DNA of 63,865 nt, the filler included, from Craspedostauros australis (Eukaryota), in assembly GCA_030167865.1 (NCBI GenBank). It is 13 parts of 13 records of this genome, joined end to end, with 100 filler letters (N's around TTAATTAATTAA, not from the genome) between each part and the next. Parts side by side here need not be neighbours in the genome. Positions count along the whole stretch, not along the records: positions 36,582 to 52,749 come from JALAGF010004210.1; positions 52,850 to 55,572 come from JALAGF010004211.1; 11 more parts are not named here. One strand, given 5' to 3'. A program made the position numbers and the translations under genes. Each line of letters opens with the position of its first letter. Position 1 is the first letter of the stretch. The notes beneath the pieces were generated by a model, which saw nothing but the letters and a program-made list of their open reading frames with translations, searched no databases and was not told the origin of the DNA. Positions 44,700-55,672 of the stretch are shown here, piece by piece.

Positions 44700-47144
44700 A
44701 TGCCGCCGTGCAGCAGAATGCACCCAACGAATACGACGTCGCGTTGCGCTTCAGTTCTGGCGACAGCGATCACGTGCTTCCAGCTGCTTCTTCATCTTCC
44801 TTTGCTGCCAACGCGCATTGCGGATCGCTTCCATCTGCTCATCCACAGCGATGATGATGAGGTCCAGCGCGACATCTGCCAATGGGGCACGTACCGGCCG
44901 TTTCCGTACGTGGGGCTGCGATGCCGATCGCCGCATAGCCCGTTGGTGGGCATGATGTGGTACAAGCCATCGCTGTTGCGACAAACGACACCACGAACCT
45001 GCGACAATGCATGGCAGGACATCTTGCGACATGAATGCTCGTATGCGGATGGCCTTTCCAACTTTGGTTGGACGCGGCATGATGGTCACGCGTACGCCAC
45101 GCAATTCATCAACGATCCCGTCAATCAATTCAAGCTCACAACGACGTGGGTTCAGATCAATGCAACATGGTGGACGTTGCGTATAGACGGTCAGCCTCTT
45201 GCGGCAGAGACCGATGGCAACTCGGATTTGAGCATCGTCTTTTACTTGTCCACGCCAGGTGATGCGACTGCGACATTCCAAGATGGCATCGTCAAAGGTG
45301 CGCAGCAATCGGAACAGGACGAACAGCAGTCTCTCAAGTACAGGCTCTTCCTCAACGAGACCACCGCCAATCGACACGCAACCTACTGGAACCCAAATAC
45401 CCGTTCTGTAACGACCTACAACGCCACGCCCTACTTCGTCGTTCTTCAAACTGCGACCCACGACGACTCTGCCGTCTTCAATCCCAAGCCCCATCTCATT
45501 TCGGAGCTGCAAGACACGACCGCTGCCGTACCATCTCGTCTGTTCGATCCGCGGTCGTTGTATCGTGCGGACACTGTGATGCAAGGCAATCTGATCTTGC
45601 TGCAGCTGTTTTACGATGGCGCATTTCGTTCGGTCGATTTGCACTTTCAATACATCGCTGGCGATGGCGAGAGCGATAGCATTGCCAATGATATGGACGA
45701 CGATCGCGATGGTAACCATGGTAACGACGACGGCGACAACAGCGTTAATCACATGATCCAACGTCGTGCCAAGGAATTCGAGCAACGGTTCCAGCGCACG
45801 TTCGAGACCAACCATTGGACGGCCGAGCAACTAACTACGGCTCAGTACGCACTCAGCAATATGCTCGGCAGCACGGCATACATGCACGGGGATCGACAGA
45901 TCGTCAACACGACCACGCACGCGGTGCAATCGCAGCCCGTGTCAACCGCGTTGCTGGCCATCGTTCCCGACCGCCCTAGCCACGCACAAGGGTACCTGTG
46001 GGATGAAGGGTTTCAGCAGCATCTGTTGCAGCACTGGGACCGTGCTCTGAGCATGTCCATTGTGGAATCGTGGATGGCGCAGCAAGACACGACGCTGGAT
46101 TTTGGCTGGATTGCCCGGCAGCAGATCATCGGCGACGAAGTACGATGGAGCGCGCGACCCAGCTCGTGGCCGCAGATTGTAGGCACGGCCAATCCACCAA
46201 GTCTGCATCTATTCTTGGAGCAGTTCATGATGCATCAGGCAAGCGGTGTCGCGCGTGGTACCGATTCGGATAGCGATGATCAACTGATTGCCTTCCTCAA
46301 ACGGATTTGGCAACCGTTCCATTCTCACGTCGATTGGTACCTGCGAACGCAGCAGGCAATGCACAATCCTTACCTCTTCCGTTGGCAAGGGCGCACGAAG
46401 TCGTACTGCCTACCATCCGGAATGGATGACTATCCCAGAGCACCGATACGGACCACGCAAGAAGCACATCTGGATTTACAGGTATGGATGATCGTCAGCA
46501 CGCGAACGGCGAGCCGCATGGCCAGCATGTTGGGGAGAGCACAGGATGCAAATCATTACGAGGATCTGAGTCGTCAGATCCAACAAGCAATGGAGGCTGA
46601 GTTCTGGAATGCGGATCTTCAAATCTATGATGAATTCTATTTTGACGTGGACACCAATTCCACGACGAAGCGATGGAATGGTCACTTCGGATACCTTAAT
46701 TTTTGGCCCATCTTCTTGTGCGCAACGGCGGATACCACATCGCAACGATTCCGAGTAATGACGAAGAAGCTGCTGGACAAGACGAACGGAGTGTGGTCCG
46801 ATCACGGCCTCCGATCTTTGTCCACGTTCGATCCGTACTACGAACACGGAGACAATTACTGGACGGGGCCGATATGGATCAACATCAACTACCTCGTGCT
46901 GTCGGCATTTCACAAGTACACCGCGCACCCGCAACGATATCCCATGGATGATGATCTTCGACATGAGATCCGCGTCGGCTACAACGAGCTGAGACGGAAC
47001 GTCATCGATCTGGTGGTGTCCAACTACATTCGTACCGGATTCATCTGGGAGGTGTATTCGGGACAGACTGGCCAAGGCTTCAACAACCACCCATTCACGG
47101 GATGGTCTGCCCTCATCGTCAACGTTCTTGGTGAGCTGTACTGA
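44700..47144 (+). CDS. Glycoside hydrolase family 63, mannosyl-oligosaccharide glucosidase (glucosidase I, MOGS/GCS1)-like
   Basis: Motifs WGTYRP..Y.GLR, RHEC...GWT.HDG, YLWDEGF, ANPP, LPSGMDDYPR, WSDHGLRSLS, NYWTGPIWININY, GFIWEVY and HPFTGWSAL. N-terminal hydrophobic anchor. First ATG at 44700; the frame is open from 44637. Confidence 0.9.
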   Translation: MPPCSRMHPTNTTSRCASVLATAITCFQLLLHLPLLPTRIADRFHLLIHSDDDEVQRDICQWGTYRPFPYVGLRCRSPHSPLVGMMWYKPSLLRQTTPRTCDNAWQDILRHECSYADGLSNFGWTRHDGHAYATQFINDPVNQFKLTTTWVQINATWWTLRIDGQPLAAETDGNSDLSIVFYLSTPGDATATFQDGIVKGAQQSEQDEQQSLKYRLFLNETTANRHATYWNPNTRSVTTYNATPYFVVLQTATHDDSAVFNPKPHLISELQDTTAAVPSRLFDPRSLYRADTVMQGNLILLQLFYDGAFRSVDLHFQYIAGDGESDSIANDMDDDRDGNHGNDDGDNSVNHMIQRRAKEFEQRFQRTFETNHWTAEQLTTAQYALSNMLGSTAYMHGDRQIVNTTTHAVQSQPVSTALLAIVPDRPSHAQGYLWDEGFQQHLLQHWDRALSMSIVESWMAQQDTTLDFGWIARQQIIGDEVRWSARPSSWPQIVGTANPPSLHLFLEQFMMHQASGVARGTDSDSDDQLIAFLKRIWQPFHSHVDWYLRTQQAMHNPYLFRWQGRTKSYCLPSGMDDYPRAPIRTTQEAHLDLQVWMIVSTRTASRMASMLGRAQDANHYEDLSRQIQQAMEAEFWNADLQIYDEFYFDVDTNSTTKRWNGHFGYLNFWPIFLCATADTTSQRFRVMTKKLLDKTNGVWSDHGLRSLSTFDPYYEHGDNYWTGPIWININYLVLSAFHKYTAHPQRYPMDDDLRHEIRVGYNELRRNVIDLVVSNYIRTGFIWEVYSGQTGQGFNNHPFTGWSALIVNVLGELY

Positions 47145-47875
47145 TGTTACGTACGTAGCATGGCATTGGTTCAAATGTACTCGACAGGCATTCGTGGAGT
47201 GGCAACCTCGACCTTCACCCAAAATGACGACGAACTTTAGTCGTCACGGGATTGGGACAGCTTCACATTTTCAAATCGTGGATATTCCATCGTTGGAGCA
47301 AAACCCACAAAACCAGAATCGACACGATGTTTGGTTTTCGCAGGCACACGGACATGGGAGAACGAGGGTACTCTCTTTCTCTCTCTAGAGTATCAATGGA
47401 AATGGTTGGTCGGAGCGGGAGGAAGCTTTGCGATACGCGTAGGAGTTGCAAGATGCACGGTGGGATCCATGGTGGGATCCATGGTGGTGTCGCCACGATG
47501 GTCTTCACTGCGAGAGCACGGCGTATTGTGCCATACTCGTACGAGGATGCGAAAAGAAAAGTGGAAGATGGTGAAGGAAACAAGGCAACTACCATAGAGC
47601 ATGAACCTTGGCATGGAGTGCAGCACTATGTGGCATGCAATGTCAAGCGAAAACAACGGGGGCATCATAAATCGTGCCTCACGTTTCATGAGATTCCTAC
47701 CTTTCCCATAATATTTGCAACCATCGATGGCAACACGACCATGAGACACACCGAAGCCAAAAGACACTGCAGAAGAAGACTCATTTTCGCGCATTTACGT
47801 CAAACCAAGGTGTGCATCGAGACGGGGGACAAAAGCCAAAACGATGGGAGGAGCAGTTGCAGCACCAATCGTGAC

Positions 47876-49531
47876 ATGGACGGCATCGATGAGAATAGTG
47901 GCGATGCCCACAACATCCACACCATCCACAACCAAATCTCTTCCGCCAGCAACAGCTTGCCCTTTCAGCAGAACGACCCCATCAAGGCAGAGGACAACAT
48001 ACCTGCTGAGTGCGAGTACGTGAGCAATGACGGTTGGGTTGATTGTGAACGCATCGAGAATGTGACGACCCAAGAAAATAGTATGACCAACGACGATGGC
48101 ATCTACAACGGAAACGGTAACGGAGACGAAAAAGATGGCACAGTCCGACAAGAAAATGAGCCTGACAGCGTCCAGAACCTGCTCGCGTACATTCAACACC
48201 ACGAGCGCCTTTTCCAGCTTGAGTATCGACGTATTGAACAGCAGCTGGTGGAACAGAATGTGATCCAGTTCATCCAACTTCGCGGCATGCCCATCCCAGC
48301 GTTGCAGGTAACAAGTCAGGATGTGGAACTTCTGATTGGATACGGATTGGAATGGGAGATGGTGCAGCGTGCGGTGGAGGTATCAGACGGAGGACTTTGC
48401 ATTGGTCCATTGTACTTCAAGAGCGCCTTTGGTGGGCAGTCGCTGCTGTCCGCCAACGCTGAAGACGGTGACCTCTTGGACCGCAACCATGCGATGCTTG
48501 GATCCGTGCGTGTTCACACAATTCCTCACCATGGGACGAAGGGAGAGAGAACAGATGCCTGGCGTGCGGTTGGCATGCTGCTTTGCAATTCCGACAAACC
48601 TGTTCCATTCGTAGAAATGGCATCAACGTCTCGATTCATGCAATACTTTGTGACAGCGAGCGTGGGAATGGCATGGCCTGCTGTTTCCATCAGCGGTCAT
48701 CAAATCAAACCTAGACACCTTCGGCATTTGGTGTCTAGTTGCCACAGTCTTCGTTTGACAGCAATTCGATTCAGAGACGATGGAGCGGCGCTCTGCGAAG
48801 CGTTGGCTGACGAAGCTGCCGCAATCCAACGGCTGGAGTTGAATGGGACAAACGTGGGTATTGAGATGCTGGCAGAATCCCTTCCACAGTGTCATTCGTT
48901 GACGGGATTGTCGGTAATCCAACATGACGACATTCCAAGAGCAGAATGGCACAACCTCGTGTGTGCCGTCTGCAGTGGAGACTGTCCGAATTTGCATTCG
49001 GTTGCATTGCGTGGCATTGTGTCATGTAGCACTGATTTGTGCACCCGCTGGTTGCGTGGCCTCACGGAAGCCGATCATCTCGATGAAATCGATTTCTGCT
49101 TGTGGCCGTCGGGGTCCTACCAGCGCTGGGGGATGGAAGGCTTCATTACAAATAGACTTCAGAAGGTCCTCAACGAGAACAAGGACAAACGCGGCAAATT
49201 GAAGAAAGTGACGACAGGGCATGACCTATACGATGGCCCGGAGCTTGACGAGATCCTTCTCAAGTCACGACGGTACGAAGTTCTATCAAGTCCGGCTGAA
49301 GCGACAACGAACGACTGCCCAGTTGCCCTGGCCCTGACCAAAAACCGCGGTGTCCTGGATGACATCATGCACTTCAAGAGCGACGAGAGTCACAGACGGT
49401 TGCGTTGGGATGTGACGAGCCAGATGGTCATCCATCAACCCGACAAAGTGAAGAAGCACAAATATACTCTAGATCTTGGCAAGTTGTTCCGTTGGTTATG
49501 GAAAGTCGCAAGCTGCGAACTGATGGCATAA
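47876..49531 (+). CDS. Hypothetical protein with RNI-like leucine-rich repeats
   Basis: Long open frame 47252-49531; the start is uncertain and the ATG at 47876 was chosen. LRR-like segments: SLRLTAIRFRDDGAALCEAL, IQRLELNGTNVGIEMLAESLPQCHSLTGLSV and PNLHSVALRG. Confidence 0.5.
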   Translation: MDGIDENSGDAHNIHTIHNQISSASNSLPFQQNDPIKAEDNIPAECEYVSNDGWVDCERIENVTTQENSMTNDDGIYNGNGNGDEKDGTVRQENEPDSVQNLLAYIQHHERLFQLEYRRIEQQLVEQNVIQFIQLRGMPIPALQVTSQDVELLIGYGLEWEMVQRAVEVSDGGLCIGPLYFKSAFGGQSLLSANAEDGDLLDRNHAMLGSVRVHTIPHHGTKGERTDAWRAVGMLLCNSDKPVPFVEMASTSRFMQYFVTASVGMAWPAVSISGHQIKPRHLRHLVSSCHSLRLTAIRFRDDGAALCEALADEAAAIQRLELNGTNVGIEMLAESLPQCHSLTGLSVIQHDDIPRAEWHNLVCAVCSGDCPNLHSVALRGIVSCSTDLCTRWLRGLTEADHLDEIDFCLWPSGSYQRWGMEGFITNRLQKVLNENKDKRGKLKKVTTGHDLYDGPELDEILLKSRRYEVLSSPAEATTNDCPVALALTKNRGVLDDIMHFKSDESHRRLRWDVTSQMVIHQPDKVKKHKYTLDLGKLFRWLWKVASCELMA

Positions 49532-49952
49532 ATCGGAACAAAGAGGTCTCAAGGTCCATTTGGGGTGCGAGTACGAGGATGCAAGATACAGCCAAAATGG
49601 CTTCAGCGAGACCCCCCGTCGCTGCAGCCTGGCTCGTTGCAACTATCTGAGAGTAGTGTTGCGTTTTTTCGTTCAAGTACTCCCGCCGAGCCATTCCAAC
49701 TCTGTGCGATGGATGAGCGGGGTACCATGTATTATATGATACTCCATTCATTTGTGAGTGTTTGCAGCTGTTGTTGCGGAGGGGGGTCGTCCACCACTCT
49801 CAGCGGATTTCTAAACGATGATTCTCTCTAAAGCATTACATGGATCGTAGCATCAGCAATACTTCAACTGAGGGGACTGCCAGCGTCTTCCGCTATCCTG
49901 TGGAGTACTTTCAGCGCAGCTCTCTCCGTGATCTTATGCATCATCCTCCACT

Positions 49953-51281
49953 TCATACATGATCTGTGCTGTTGTCGCTGCTGCTCTCACCCCAGCTGCC
50001 CCGGCTTGTCGTTCTCACATTCAACGCCGTTGGCGACTTGCTTCGTTTCGATCGGGTTTTGGATGCTCGTGAGTCTTCATTTGACGCATGGCGCGATTCT
50101 TGAGACGACGATCGCGGGTTCTCGGAGAATGTTGTCGCCACCAAGGCTTCGTAATTGAAGATCGCGGACACGACAGCGCGTGTGTACGTCAAGTGTGGGT
50201 ACTTGCGTCGCAGCAGCGCGATGCGAGGTCGCAAGAAGACGAGGACGTTACCCAATCCCTGCATCGGCCACAGGAAGACGTACACCACCGTCACCACGAA
50301 TGGCACCTTGATTCCCAGAATGTATAGGTTGAATGGGATGAAACCAGGGGCGTGCGTCAGCATGAAAATGCCGACGTACCAGTACGCCTGCGTGGCAACC
50401 TCTTGAACGCGATCGACGACGCCGCTGGTTGTGGATTGATCGGCTGGAGTTTGCCTTTCCTCAGTCGTCCGCTCGCTCTTTGTTGCCACGGTTTTGGGCG
50501 TCACGACAGATCCATCCATCGCGATTCGTCGCCCGCCAGCCAATCGCTGCTGCACGGAGGCGTCTTTGGCGGCCTTTGCCTTGATTCGTTTTTGCCGTTC
50601 CTGTTGCTGCTGTTCATGAGCCACTTTGACGACAGCTGCAACCTCTTTGTTGATCTTCCACATGTAGAATGTGATGAGAGACACGAGGGCGAGGCATGGC
50701 GCACCGATGAAAGCCCAACCTAGGATGAATGCGCTCTCACCTCTTTCGCATTCCACATCCTCATCTGTCAGACAGTTGGGCGGTGACGGAGCAAACCAAC
50801 AACCGTTGCTGCCGAAATTCATCGTCCCCATCGCGACGCTGACCAGACCAGATATGCATGGGAACCCCGTTGCAAGGAGATGCCAGAAGTGCTCCCACCC
50901 ATCGTTGTAGTAAGCCTCGTCGTCGTAGCCTTGGCACACGGACTTGTAGAAGAAATGAGCCAGCGCGCCGTTGTAGAACATGCTGATGAGGCAGCTCTGG
51001 TAGAGGAAGCCCTGGACGCCGCAAGTGGTGTCGTTGCCCATGGCGCCCCACAGATTGGGAGTGTCGGACGGCGCCGGCAGATTCCATGCCATGTACGCCA
51101 AGGAGTTGACGATATCGCCGATGCTGAGCGCGAAGAGGAATCGGTATTTGACCTGGCCGAATTTGCCGTTCCAGTCGCAGATGATGAGCCCGAGGATGAC
51201 GACGGATCCGCAGAGCGAGACGAACCCGCTGGTGCTGGCTGCGACCTGCAACGCGATGAACTCGGGTGTGCTGTAGTCCAT
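49953..51281 (-). CDS. 7TM G-protein-coupled receptor, cAMP-receptor/GCR1/Git3-like
   Basis: Seven hydrophobic helices. Motifs SGFVSLCGSVVIL, YRFLFALSIGD, GNDTTCGVQGF, GCWF, QAYWYVGIF and LWPMQGLGNVLVFLRPR; long third intracellular loop. Probable start MDYSTPEF. Confidence 0.88.
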   Translation of the reverse strand: MDYSTPEFIALQVAASTSGFVSLCGSVVILGLIICDWNGKFGQVKYRFLFALSIGDIVNSLAYMAWNLPAPSDTPNLWGAMGNDTTCGVQGFLYQSCLISMFYNGALAHFFYKSVCQGYDDEAYYNDGWEHFWHLLATGFPCISGLVSVAMGTMNFGSNGCWFAPSPPNCLTDEDVECERGESAFILGWAFIGAPCLALVSLITFYMWKINKEVAAVVKVAHEQQQQERQKRIKAKAAKDASVQQRLAGGRRIAMDGSVVTPKTVATKSERTTEERQTPADQSTTSGVVDRVQEVATQAYWYVGIFMLTHAPGFIPFNLYILGIKVPFVVTVVYVFLWPMQGLGNVLVFLRPRIALLRRKYPHLTYTRAVVSAIFNYEALVATTFSENPRSSSQESRHASNEDSRASKTRSKRSKSPTALNVRTTSRGSWGESSSDNSTDHV

Positions 51282-52849
51282 GCTGTTGTGGTGTGTGGTG
51301 TATTGTGGTATGGTGTGGCGTATTCGTATTGTGTGCGACAGTGTTGTGATGAATACTGAGGTGGTTGCAAGCGGAGTCAAGTTGAGTCAGGTAGAGTTGA
51401 GTTGGAGTTTGTTGGATGCTGTCAAACGCAATGTGACTGTGCCGCAAAGCGGGCAAGCCTGTGAGTGACGAGCCTCAGATGCTTGCCCTCGTGAAACGAG
51501 CTATCAGCAGAACCGACAATTGGGCGAAGTGATTGCCGAGTGAAGGAGGAAGAATGATGGGATCGAGAGAAAAACAAATGAATGTCGGACAAGGATCGTT
51601 TTCCGACCAAAAGCGAAATGTCGCGGCTTTTACACCTCCCACACGAGCCGATGACGTCCAACGTCCAAGAGTACGCGAACAAGCCCAATTCCGTGTTCTG
51701 TATTTAGCAACTGTCGACAACATGATGTGCGAAGTTGACCAAGGAGGTTGCGGTATTGTCGGAAATCGCACCGCAGACTTCGGTGCGCACAAAAATCCGA
51801 CGTATGCACGACAGACGACCAAAGTCTACCCAAAGTCGACACAAGGGTAGACTTCTGAAAATGTAGTCTCGAGTTTGATTAGCACAAAAGTGTACATCGT
51901 ACTTAGGCACGCACTCGGTTGCACTGCTCCATGTCAAAAGCATACTTCCATCGCATGTTCGTCCACCATAAAATCACCTGAACTTCTTATCGTAGCGTAT
52001 ACTGGATGGCAAAGAACATCAATGGCCTCCTTCTCATTGCTACATCCGCACTTCTTCCAACAATTGACATCGTTGAATGGAATAAAAAGCATGTCAGTCA
52101 TTGTGAGATGCCTGCTTCAAGGTTGGCTATTCGTCGGAAACAAGTAATCGAGACATCTATGTGATTCATGGTATTGATAGCGTTGAAGATGTTTGCAATC
52201 AGAGTTCTATCTTCAAATGCTGGACACGTAAGGCACCACCCGGATCGGTCAGCATTGACCATGGTATTCAAGCTACTACACATATGGAAAACCTTGAGCT
52301 GCATTCGCTTCATGGCATTTGACAAGTGAGCTGTTTCGAATGTTGGTCACAGATATTCTGTACATGTTTCCTCTTTGTTGCAACATGGACGAGATACCAG
52401 ATTCCCCATACTATACGAACTATGGAGAGAGATGCTGTGACAGAAATGCAATATCCTTGCTGCATGCACCCAGTGATGCATTGTATTCAAAATCACAAGA
52501 TACACGAAGCACAGCGGGTTCCTCTCTATCCCGATACCCCTTTTGTCACGTATAATAGCTGGCTGTGGTCGCAACAGTTCGCGGCAGTCACCAATTCACA
52601 GGCACACTATATGTTCGTGGATTCCCTGTGGCTTCGACATTGCCGATGTGAGATTGCATGATTACACGACCACATGACCACATGGGAAAGTGCGTCTGAG
52701 CAGGTCTTGTTGCTAACACACACCACATCACACGTAACAGGCAAAACAANNNNNNNNNNNNNNNNNNNNNNNNNNNNNNNNNNNNNNNNNNNNTTAATTA
52801 ATTAANNNNNNNNNNNNNNNNNNNNNNNNNNNNNNNNNNNNNNNNNNNN

Positions 52850-54271
52850 GGACATCGACATGAAGCAGCATCGGGCATCATGGACCATGGCAACTTCTAC
52901 CCAGTGGAGTCATCCGTGCCAGCAAAGGAGCGATACCTCAACATTGAGCCATGGCACATCGTCGCCGGACTAACACGGGAGGAGGTACAACATTTGAACT
53001 ATGTCATCCATGCTGATTACTGTGAAGACTTGATCGAAGAGATGGCGGAAGGGCAAGACATGCAGAACAGAGCAGCATGCATCATCCAACACAAGATGCG
53101 GTTCAAAGGGTCTGACAATGAGCACTGGAAGGTGAACGTTGGATGGATGGACGGGACGAATTCATGGCACCGGCTGGATGACATGCGCCTACATGATCCG
53201 TACATTGTGAGCAAGTATGTGGAGGATCAATCACTGCTGAAAACGAAGCTTCCCAAGGTGGCCACACCAATGGCAGAAGCATACCATGCTGCGACCGACA
53301 ACACCAATCTGTTGGAGGCATCTGAAGCCAGCAAGTTTCGAACGCTCATTGGGAGTGCGAACTGGATCATCACGCTTGGTTGGTACGATGTGCAGGACAC
53401 TACCATGGCACTGGCACGATTCTCCATGACGCCACGAGTTGGACACCTCAAGGCGATGATCCGAGTATTCGGGTACCTCAAGACACACAGCAACGGCATG
53501 CTCCTGTGTGACCCAACACCTCCACAACATACGACAGCAGATCCTGACGAATACAATAAATGGGCGGAATTCTATCTGGATGCATCAGAAGAAATGCCAC
53601 ACAACCAACCGACACCGAGAGGCAAAGCAGCCAAGATCATGGTGTATGTCGACGCAGATCATGCACACGACGTTGTGACAAGACGATCGGTCACCGGCAT
53701 TATCGCGAAGATCAATGGCATGGTCGTCCGCACATTCTGTCAACGACAGAAGATGGTAGAGTCATCGGCCTATGGCTCCGAATTGGTTGCAGCACGGATC
53801 GCTGTGGATATGGTGGTCGAGTTGAGGACTGCGTTATGCGTCATCGGTGTCCCAATCGATGGGCCGGCTCTTCTCCTTGGAGACAACAAGTCCATGGTCA
53901 TCAACACGACCATCCCCACCAGCGTACTGAAGAAGAAACATTGCGGCATTGCATACCACCGCGTACGCGAAGCGATTGCAGCAAAGGCTGTTCAATTCAT
54001 TCACATCGCATCAATTGACAACGAGGCAGATCTCTTGACGAAGCCAGTGGGTAAACGCACGTTCTACCGTCTCACTCGCATGTCTCTTTTCCGACACCCA
54101 AAGCAACTATCCAAGGCAAAGCATGAAGCAGCGACGATACAACCAAGAAATGAGCAACAGAGCAAGCAGAACAAAGCGTCTGTTCAAGTGGTTAAGACTT
54201 GGGTGGCATGCATGCCATCCACGTCCAAAAGGGGCGTATTGGAGCGAAACCAGTCACGAGGACTCGGGTGA
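52850..54271 (+). mobile_element. pol: 3' part of a CoDi-II-like copia pol (chromodomain-like module, RT C-terminus, RNase H)
   Basis: Chromo-like WKVNVGWMDGTNSWHRL; FRTLIGSANW; RNase H VYVDADHA..RRSVTG, SAYGSE, LGDNKS, NEADLLTKP. Reverse complement of 55673-57026. Confidence 0.9.
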
Positions 54272-54680
54272 GTCACGAGCAGCAGAAAACGACAACAGCC
54301 ACAGAAAAGACACAAGAGGTGCAACGCAAAGAAAAGGAAAAAGAAACAAACCGGACACAATCCGTCAAACAACACTTTTAGACACGATCTTATACCCAAC
54401 TACCGTCTCCGTTTCAATAGTTTGTTCCAGGAGGGCCGACATATCAAACACGGCACCGAGGTTCAAATGCAACAGTGGGTGAACTCTATGATCGCCGTTC
54501 ACGCGGCGACGATCGCGGTCGATGCACGCCGAGAGGCGGGCGTTGGCAGCTTGGTTGGGGCTTTCATAGCAGACGACACACGACAGCTCGCTCAAAGCAC
54601 AGCCCTACGGGGCCTGCGGCGGCGAGGGTAAAGCCTTATGGCACATTTCTAATGTAATCCTTGAGTTATTATTATTCACA
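54237..54680 (+). repeat. Probable 3' LTR of the CoDi-II-like element
   Basis: A purine tract AAAAGGGG precedes TATTGGAG, an LTR-like start with TG changed to TA. The right boundary is approximate. Confidence 0.45.
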
Positions 54681-55672
54681 GCAACAGCAACACTTGCGAA
54701 TACTCCACAGCATAATATTATACAATGGAGCACAGTGACTCATCCTATGGTATAAAAATATACTATACTCTCCACAACATAATAGGATGAACTTGATGCT
54801 TATCTTAGCAATCCGCAAGTGATGACAAGATAACCCTGAATGGGGTCACACAAGGAAAGTGGTCATGGAGAGAAATGCTGATGCATGGAAGGAATCAATG
54901 GATTGACGGGCACTGATTTAGTCTTGGGGGCAGAATTGGATACGGGACTGATGGTCGTGACTTGAAATCGGGGTGAACGAGGCTGACAGGTCATGAAATT
55001 ATGACCCTTACAACCACCTCCATTGTTTCGATTTCCACTCAGAGGCCCCAAGACGACGTGTCACATACGACATTGACTCTCGAGTGACGGAAACTGCACA
55101 GGACTGGTGCGTGACAGAATACTGCTTGGATTACGTGGAGTCATTAAACGTTCGCGCCATCTCTAGGGTATCTAATTTAGACACGTTCGCTTTGACTGCT
55201 CCCGAAGGGCGTCACATTTTGGCCATGAGTGTCACAACACATCATCTGTTCCCTTTTTGATGTTGCATGATGCGTTCCCTCCATGCTACATGCCATGCTA
55301 TACTCGTTGCTCATTGGATTTGTCTGTGTTCATCGCACTTTCGCACACACAGCTCCTCTACGCGTTCGACCACTGCTTACTATCGTTGTTATGGTCAATC
55401 CTAATTGGAATACTGTTCCCGAGCGGCAGGCATTGCAAGAAGCAATCACTCGATTTGAGGCTGCCATCGCTCAACTTGCAGACATCGACGTCCAACGTCT
55501 GGATTATGCAGGCGTCGTGATTCTGGTTCAGCACTATAGCAACATCGTCGCATTGGGCCGTCATGTGCTACANNNNNNNNNNNNNNNNNNNNNNNNNNNN
55601 NNNNNNNNNNNNNNNNTTAATTAATTAANNNNNNNNNNNNNNNNNNNNNNNNNNNNNNNNNNNNNNNNNNNN

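Noticed and set aside
44751..45830. 359-aa minus-strand ORF
   Set aside because: Antisense shadow of the GH63 gene.
51400..52749. Degenerate coding-like sequence beyond the GPCR start
   Set aside because: Only short, stop-interrupted frames with no assignable family.
55391..55572. ORF start MVNPNWNTVPERQALQEAI... running into the contig end
   Set aside because: Possibly a real gene or TE ORF start, but it is only about 60 codons with no identifiable domain.
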